Shown here: positions 57,949 through 64,000 of the stretch, in pieces
How the letters are laid out: each line of letters opens with the position of its first letter
Numbering within the stretch: position 1 is the stretch's first letter
NCBI GenBank assembly: GCA_045863295.1
Contig: BTWA01000007.1
Coordinates: forward strand, 1 to 64,000
Reading direction: 5' to 3'
DNA: 64,000 bases
Source of the DNA: Candidatus Hydrogenedentota bacterium
GTDB lineage: Bacteria > Hydrogenedentota > Hydrogenedentia > Hydrogenedentales > SLHB01
The notes under the pieces: model-generated
What the model was told of the DNA's origin: nothing
Databases searched by the model: none
The model's input: only the letters and a program-made list of their open reading frames with translations
Made by a program: the position numbers and the translations under genes

Positions 57949-59211
57949 ATGTTGCCCATTCTCTTCGTAATTGCCGCCGCGTCGCCGAATGTGGTCGTGG
58001 TTTCCGTCGATACGCTACGGGCGGATCGTCTCGGTTGCTACGGGTACGAACATCCGACCTCGCCCGTTATTGACGAGTTTGCCTCCCAAGGGCTTTTGTT
58101 TGAAGACTGCGTGACCGAAGTTCCGCTTACGGCCCCTTCGTTCGGCGCCATGATGTCTTCGCGCTATCCCCGCATGAACGGATCCACCCGCAATGGTTTG
58201 CGCATGCCGTCCAATGTGCCGTTGGTCGCCGAGCAGTTTCAAAAAGCGGGGTACGAGACGGTTTGCGTAACCAGCAATTGGACCCTGAAAGCCGGCTTGT
58301 CCGGTTTGGACCGTGGCTTCGATGTGTATGACGACGGATTCCGGAAGAAGCGGTGGGGGTTTCTAAAGTCCGAACGGGATGGCGACGAAGTTACCAAGCG
58401 GTCACTCGACTTGTTGAAAAAGCGGGACACATCCAAACCTTTGTTTGCCTGGTTCCACTATTCCGATCCGCATGCGCCGTATCTGTTTCACAAGCGATTC
58501 AATCCACGGAATGTGCCGGTGCGGAAGTTGGACAAAGAGGAAAGCGTCCAGGCGCGATACGATTCCGAGGTGGCCTTCACCGATCACGAAATCAGCAAGC
58601 TGCTTCGCGCATTACCTTCCGAGAACACATTTGTCGTCTTCGTCGCGGATCACGGCGAAAGTCTCTACGAGCACGACTACCTGGGCCACGGCCGTCGCAT
58701 TCACCAGACGGGCCTACACATTCCCCTAATTCTGAAAGGGCCGGGCATCGAACCCGGGCGCAGCGCGTTTCCGGCCCGTGGCATCGATATTGGACCCACC
58801 TTGCTTGCCATGGCCGGACTATCCGCACCGGAGACCATGCTTGGCCTCAATCTGCTTGCTCCTCCCACGGAAGCAGCGCGTGCGCGCGTTATTGAAACCT
58901 ATGGCGGGGCTGTGCCGGGCCTGCCGGGAGCGGAAGCCATGATGGCGGATGCCCCACCCATGTGGCAGGGGGTGATCCGCAGTCCTTGGAAGCTGATTCG
59001 CAACGAGGACGAGGACGACACCGAGTTGTACAACCTCGTCGACGATCCCCGCGAACTGATCAATATTGCGGAAGATCATCCGGAAGTGGTGGGGGAGTTG
59101 TCGGAACTTATTGCTGCCTGGAGCGAACAGACCGACCGATCCAGCGAAGAATCGGCCGATCTAACGAAGGAGGATGTTCAGGCGCTAAAAAGTCTCGGCT
59201 ACGTGGATTGA
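57949..59211 (+). CDS. Sulfatase-like alkaline phosphatase superfamily protein (Thr at the nucleophile position)
   Basis: PNVVVVSVDTLRADRLG, PLTAPSF, DPHAPY, ADHGESL, ELYNLVDDPRE, LKSLGY. Confidence 0.85.
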   Translation: MLPILFVIAAASPNVVVVSVDTLRADRLGCYGYEHPTSPVIDEFASQGLLFEDCVTEVPLTAPSFGAMMSSRYPRMNGSTRNGLRMPSNVPLVAEQFQKAGYETVCVTSNWTLKAGLSGLDRGFDVYDDGFRKKRWGFLKSERDGDEVTKRSLDLLKKRDTSKPLFAWFHYSDPHAPYLFHKRFNPRNVPVRKLDKEESVQARYDSEVAFTDHEISKLLRALPSENTFVVFVADHGESLYEHDYLGHGRRIHQTGLHIPLILKGPGIEPGRSAFPARGIDIGPTLLAMAGLSAPETMLGLNLLAPPTEAARARVIETYGGAVPGLPGAEAMMADAPPMWQGVIRSPWKLIRNEDEDDTELYNLVDDPRELINIAEDHPEVVGELSELIAAWSEQTDRSSEESADLTKEDVQALKSLGYVD

Positions 59212-60393
59212 GTCTTGTCCGCCGGACAGGTACGGGGTGGGGTCCACGGCTTTGCCGTTCTTGCGCACTTCAAAGTGCAGGTGAGGGCCGGTGGAACGGC
59301 CCGTGGAACCGACTTCGCCAATCGGCGTTTCCGCAGTCACGACCTGACCCGCGGTCACCAGATTCTTCGAATTGTGGCCGTAAACGGTTTCCAAGCCGTT
59401 CTCATGCTCAACAATCACGACTTTCCCATGCCCCGGATTCCATCCACTGAATTTGACGGTCCCAGCCTGGTAGGGATAGATGGAGGTGCCCGCCTTGGCG
59501 GCGATGTCGACGCCTTCATGCATCTCGGGTCGGCCGTTAAATGGGTCTTTCCTCATGCCAAATCCCGACGTCAGCCGTCCCGATCCGTCCAGAATCTTTG
59601 TCCAAGGGCTCTGTTCCACGACCTCGGGCTCCGGGGCGGCTGCGTGTTTGGGCCCAAGGATGGACTGAATCAGCGCAGTCACGTCAAATGCGCGCGTGTG
59701 TTCGACCCGAGGGGCTTCTCCACCCACGCCGGTGTACTGGTTCGCGGCATCTCTCGGCACCAGCGGAGGGGGGGTGTTGCCGTAGATCGAACCAATCGCG
59801 TTCGCGGCCGGATCGGTTGCCGGCGGCATAGGCGCCATTTCATCCGGCTCGGGAGTCAGTGGAATCTCGCCCATTGCCGGAAAGTCGAGTGACGGTGCCG
59901 TCACGGGGTTAAAGATCGAGAGGGAATCATCCGCAGGGGGAACGGCGATGGCAGCCGTTACAGGCTCCGGCGTATCGAGTTCGGGCAATTCGGCCGGGAC
60001 GGCCTCCGCCTGTACGGCAGGCGGCGCGACGGCTGCCGGGAGCAACGTTTCGGCTTGTGTCTCGACCGGCGTGAGCGCGCTCAGGTCCAGGGATTGCCCG
60101 ACCCGTATCAAGTCAGGATTGCCCAGCGCATTTGCCTTTGCCACGGCTTGCACGGCGTTGTACACCGATGGCCCAGATGCTTCGAGTCCTGAGGCAGTAA
60201 GGCGATCCCGGCAAATGCTCCAGAGAGTATCGCCTTTCATTACCGTGTGATCGGAAGAGGCCAGTGTCGACGGAGCGGACTCAACCGCCCGTTGGAGTGC
60301 GTCTTGAAAGCCCGTTTCCGCCGTCTTGGCATATAGAATAGTCGGCTTGCCGGCCACGATTTCGGGCCGTTCCTGAACCGGCGCAATCCACAT
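59185..60393 (-). CDS. LysM + M23 metallopeptidase
   Basis: HTVMKGDTLWSI...NPDLIRVGQSL (LysM); HEGVD, YGHN, GSTGRSTGPHLHFEVR; GGGAGG before ATG 60393. Confidence 0.9.
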   Translation of the reverse strand: MWIAPVQERPEIVAGKPTILYAKTAETGFQDALQRAVESAPSTLASSDHTVMKGDTLWSICRDRLTASGLEASGPSVYNAVQAVAKANALGNPDLIRVGQSLDLSALTPVETQAETLLPAAVAPPAVQAEAVPAELPELDTPEPVTAAIAVPPADDSLSIFNPVTAPSLDFPAMGEIPLTPEPDEMAPMPPATDPAANAIGSIYGNTPPPLVPRDAANQYTGVGGEAPRVEHTRAFDVTALIQSILGPKHAAAPEPEVVEQSPWTKILDGSGRLTSGFGMRKDPFNGRPEMHEGVDIAAKAGTSIYPYQAGTVKFSGWNPGHGKVVIVEHENGLETVYGHNSKNLVTAGQVVTAETPIGEVGSTGRSTGPHLHFEVRKNGKAVDPTPYLSGGQDSIHVAETF

Positions 60394-60436
60394 TCGACAC
60401 CCCTCCCAATGAGCCATATTCACCCACCGGTTTTTA

Positions 60437-60452
60437 AGCAACTGCTGTGCCG
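60437..60452 (-). promoter_or_regulatory. sigma54 promoter of the LysM-M23 gene
   Basis: Minus strand CGGCACAGCAGTTGCT (GG-N10-GC), 44 nt before the ATG. Confidence 0.65.
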
Positions 60453-60558
60453 GTTGATATTATTGCATGTAAAGCACTATCATAAAACAACTTGTAAACT
60501 CTTGGCCTTCAGTGTGGCCACCACGAGGGCAGGAAAGTTTTTCCGCTTTCGGCACGAA

Positions 60559-61335
60559 ATGTCCACCATCGAAACGCGGATGCAGGAATTGGCAAACGTG
60601 ACCTCAACTCGAACCAGCCCATCAGAATCGCCACCATCGCGCCAGGATGCGTGGCGTATGTTCGATCGGATAGCCCACCGGTATGACCTGCTGAACCGGA
60701 TGCTCTCCATGCGCCAAGATGTTGCCTGGCGCAACCGGCTCGCCCGGTGCTTGAACGACACGCCGGGCCAGCGCGTTTTGGATCTCGCCACTGGCACCGG
60801 CGATGTCTTACTCACCCTGTGCCGCCGCAATTCGAACGTGTCCTCGGGAGTGGGAGTCGACATGTCGGGCCGGATGTTGGGCTACGGGCATGAAAAAGCC
60901 GCCGCGGCCGGTCTGGGGAGTCGTCTGCGCTTCGTACGGGGGGATGCCACCCGCATTCCCGTGCCCGAAGGTTTCTTCGATGCCGTCACGATTTCCTTTG
61001 GTATCCGGAACGTCATCGACGTGCCAACTGCGCTACGTGAAATGCGCCGGGTGCTGAAACCGGGCGGTCGCGTTTTGATACTGGAATTCTCTCTGCCCGG
61101 CAATCCCCTGTTTCGCTCATTGTACTTGTGGTATTTCCGGAAGGTGCTGCCGCGCATCGGAGGCGTGATTTCCGGCGACCACCATGCCTACCGGTATCTG
61201 AATCAGACTGTCGAGACATTTCCCTACGGTGACGCGTTCTGCCAATTGATGGAAGACGCTGGTTTTCGGGATCTGAAAGCCATTCCCTTGACGTTTGGAA
61301 TTGCCACGATTTACCAGGGCGACAAGCAGGCGTAG
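60559..61335 (+). CDS. menG: Demethylmenaquinone methyltransferase (UbiE/MenG)
   Basis: MFDRIAHRYDLLNRMLS, LDLATGTGD, ISFGIRNV, RVLKPGG, AYRYL; start codon uncertain. Confidence 0.92.
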   Translation: MSTIETRMQELANVTSTRTSPSESPPSRQDAWRMFDRIAHRYDLLNRMLSMRQDVAWRNRLARCLNDTPGQRVLDLATGTGDVLLTLCRRNSNVSSGVGVDMSGRMLGYGHEKAAAAGLGSRLRFVRGDATRIPVPEGFFDAVTISFGIRNVIDVPTALREMRRVLKPGGRVLILEFSLPGNPLFRSLYLWYFRKVLPRIGGVISGDHHAYRYLNQTVETFPYGDAFCQLMEDAGFRDLKAIPLTFGIATIYQGDKQA

Positions 61336-61485
61336 TGCCGCTAATCCCTTTTTGTCCAAACACGGGACTATTCCGGCGACTCACGGGCTCTTCAAACGGG
61401 CCTGCCTCGAATACCGTGTCCTATGAGCGGAATACTGGCGGTTTCCGTGCAATCAGGGCCGTATGTCGCGTAAAATGGCAGAAGT

Positions 61486-62895
61486 ATGACGAAGCTGTAT
61501 TCCCATTCCGAAACCATAGAGCCGCGCCTTGCGAAAGACGCGTTGGCGTCCGTTGTGCAGCAGGTTTTGGAGTCGGTCGTGCCGGGGGAACGTGAGTTTC
61601 CGCGCGCCCTCCGGGTCGAATTCCCCATCGAACATGTCGATGCCCTTTCGTGGCTGCACGCACAGAGGACCTCGCCGCGCATGTATTGGGCCGATCGGGA
61701 GAGTGAATTTGACGTGGCGGGCGTGGGTGCGGCGGACGTCATTGCGGCGGATACCGACACGGATTTTGAGCCCTTGATTGCACAATTACGGGCTACTGTA
61801 TCCTCCACCCATCCTGATCTCCGGTACTACGGGGGGGCGCGTTTCAGTCAGGGCACGGCCAAATCCGATCCGTGGCGGCCGTTCGGGGCGTGCAGTTTCG
61901 TCTTGCCGCGCTTCGAGTTGTTGAACCGGGGCACACAGTCGTATTTGGTGTGTAATGCGCTATTGCACGACGCCGGTGGTGTCGAGGCGGAACTACGGGA
62001 GATATTCGAGGCGATCGAGTTGTTGCGATTTCCCGATGCGGCGTCCTTGTTGCCGTTGCCACGCATTGTGAAACGCGTCGACCGGCCCGATGCAACGGGC
62101 TGGGCTCAAATGGTGACCGAGGTGTTGCGGTCGATAACCGGCGGATCGGTGCAGAAGGTGGTTCTGGCAAGGGAAACCACGTTTACGTTCGACGCGGCGC
62201 TCGATCCCATTTCCATCTTAACGCGGTTGGTGCCCCGGTCTCCGGAATCCTACCGGTTCTTTTTCGAGCCGGAGCCGGGCGTAGCCTTTATCGGGGCAAC
62301 GCCGGAGCGATTGGTCAAGCGGGACCGGCGCTATGTGCAAAGCGAAGCGGTGGCGGGCACCCGGCCGCGCGGATCGAACCCGCAGGACGACGATCGTCTG
62401 GGTTCGGAATTGATGAACAGCGACAAGGATCGGCGCGAACACAAAGTGGTATTGGATACGATTCAGAGTGTATTCAATGACTTGTGCCATGCCGTGCACG
62501 TCGCGCCCGAAGTTTCGCTCCTGAAATTGCGGCGCTGCCAACATTTGTTCTGCCCGGTGGAAGGCATCCTATCGGATAACGCGTCAGGGTCGAAGATTTT
62601 GCGGGCACTACATCCCACGCCCGCCGTGGGAGGATATCCCACGGCACGGGCACTGGACGTCATCGAAAGTCTAGAGCCCTTTGATCGCGGTTGGTATGCA
62701 GGTCCAATAGGCTGGGTAGGCAACAAGGCTTCAGAATTTGCGGTGGCCATCCGGTCGGGTCTCGTGCACGGCAATACGCTGTCGCTGTATTCGGGCGCTG
62801 GCATTGTGGAGGGTTCCACGCCTGCCGACGAGTGGGCTGAGATTGAGAACAAGATGAGCAATTTCTTGAGCGTGTTGACCGGCGATGTCGACTGA
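61486..62895 (+). CDS. menF: Isochorismate synthase
   Basis: KVVLARE, FIGATPERL, EAVAGT, KDRREH, LHPTPAVGG, RGWYAGPIGW, GAGIV. Confidence 0.92.
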   Translation: MTKLYSHSETIEPRLAKDALASVVQQVLESVVPGEREFPRALRVEFPIEHVDALSWLHAQRTSPRMYWADRESEFDVAGVGAADVIAADTDTDFEPLIAQLRATVSSTHPDLRYYGGARFSQGTAKSDPWRPFGACSFVLPRFELLNRGTQSYLVCNALLHDAGGVEAELREIFEAIELLRFPDAASLLPLPRIVKRVDRPDATGWAQMVTEVLRSITGGSVQKVVLARETTFTFDAALDPISILTRLVPRSPESYRFFFEPEPGVAFIGATPERLVKRDRRYVQSEAVAGTRPRGSNPQDDDRLGSELMNSDKDRREHKVVLDTIQSVFNDLCHAVHVAPEVSLLKLRRCQHLFCPVEGILSDNASGSKILRALHPTPAVGGYPTARALDVIESLEPFDRGWYAGPIGWVGNKASEFAVAIRSGLVHGNTLSLYSGAGIVEGSTPADEWAEIENKMSNFLSVLTGDVD

Positions 62896-64000
62896 TCGGC
62901 CGACTTTCAATATCAATCAGGTATACGCGTACCTGATTGTCGAAGAATTAGTCCGGTGCGGCGTCGAATTGTTTTGCATTGCACCGGGATCGCGATCGAC
63001 CCCGTTAACCCTCGCCGCGGCCATGAATCCAAAAGCCAGAACCGTTGTCCATTACGACGAGCGTGGATTGGCTTACTTCGCGCTGGGATATGCGCGAGGC
63101 GCCGGAAAGCCCGCGGCAGTCATTACGACATCCGGTACTGCCGCCGCGAATTTGCATCCCGCCCTGATTGAGGCTTCCAAGAGCAACGTTCCACTGATTC
63201 TACTTACCGCCGATCGGCCACCGGAAGCCAGGGATTCCGGCGCCAATCAGACCATCGATCAGGTGAAACTGTTTGGCAATGCGGTGCGCTGGTGGCACGA
63301 GTTTGCATGTCCGCACTTGGGTCTCGAAATTCCGGCTCAAGCCATTTTGTCTGCCGTCGACTACGCGTTACAGCGTGCGCGCGAACAGGGCGGTGGCCCG
63401 GTCCACTTGAATTGCCCTTACCGGGAACCCTTGGGCAGCGCTGCCCCCGAGCCTGGTATCGTCCGTTTACTCAACCTGTTTCCAGGCGCATCCGAATGGC
63501 ACACCAGCCAACAACCGAATTCACGGTCATTGCCGGGCAAAATTCAACCAAGCGAAGAAGCGCAGCGGGAGTTGATCGACATCGTTGCTGCGGCGAGACA
63601 ACCGCTTCTCGTCGTGGGTCAACTTAATCGCGTAGAAGATGCTCGAATGGTCGAGCGGTTTCTGGAATCTGCTCGGTGGCCCGTGTTTGCCGACATTTGT
63701 TCGGGTATTCGCCTTGGAACTCATGGCGGATACTCCGATCTTTTACTTGGTACCAATCCATTCAACTCTTTCATTGCAACGGATTTGATTGTGTATGCCG
63801 GCGGCGCGGTCACTTCGAAAACAACGCTTCAGTTCTTGGAAAATGCACGCCCCAAACACTTCGTGCGCGCGCTCGATCATCCATTTCGCCACGATGCGAC
63901 GTTTCGATCCACGCTGCGCGTTGAAACGGCCTTTGCACCTTTCTTCCAGTGGATGGAGGAAGTCACGCCCAAGGTTGATAACTCCGATTGGCAGAATGGT
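62885..64000 (+). CDS. menD: SEPHCHC synthase MenD (runs off the window end; absent from the ORF track)
   Basis: From ATG 62885: LIVEELVRCGV, IAPGSRSTPL, HYDERG, TTSGTAAANLHPA, LTADRPPE, GANQTIDQ, GPVHLNCPYREPL. Confidence 0.95.
   Translation, partial: MSTDRPTFNINQVYAYLIVEELVRCGVELFCIAPGSRSTPLTLAAAMNPKARTVVHYDERGLAYFALGYARGAGKPAAVITTSGTAAANLHPALIEASKSNVPLILLTADRPPEARDSGANQTIDQVKLFGNAVRWWHEFACPHLGLEIPAQAILSAVDYALQRAREQGGGPVHLNCPYREPLGSAAPEPGIVRLLNLFPGASEWHTSQQPNSRSLPGKIQPSEEAQRELIDIVAAARQPLLVVGQLNRVEDARMVERFLESARWPVFADICSGIRLGTHGGYSDLLLGTNPFNSFIATDLIVYAGGAVTSKTTLQFLENARPKHFVRALDHPFRHDATFRSTLRVETAFAPFFQWMEEVTPKVDNSDWQNG

Overview
64 kb of a GC-rich diderm bacterial chromosome. The many Tat-exported Gfo/Idh/MocA oxidoreductases, the sulfatase-like, ThuA and BNR proteins, and the ECF-vWA pair suggest a Ca. 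Hydrogenedentota/PVC-like organism (inference only). The window is mostly housekeeping: dnaA, cobB, serS, parAB, lepB, rfbDB, tpiA-secG-murA-hisDC, apt, a group-2-like sigma70, tadA, rarA, truA and menG-menF-menD. It also holds sugar catabolism genes, a carotenoid cluster whose crtI survives only as a 3' stub, and a higBA locus with a decayed second higA. The most novel signal is non-coding and lies at 7.55-8.75 kb. Two tandem paralogous minus-strand small RNAs each have a near-consensus sigma28 (FliA) promoter, covarying ANGGA hairpins of the CsrA-binding type, AUCC(C)-loop hairpins and a shared intrinsic terminator. They converge on a sigma54/enhancer-driven gene for a stand-alone, degenerate Fis-type HTH microprotein with a highly structured 3' trailer. 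The same sigma28 promoter form precedes a YjfB-family motility gene at 37.2 kb, which supports the promoter call. All product calls come from motif recognition by eye; no database searches were run.
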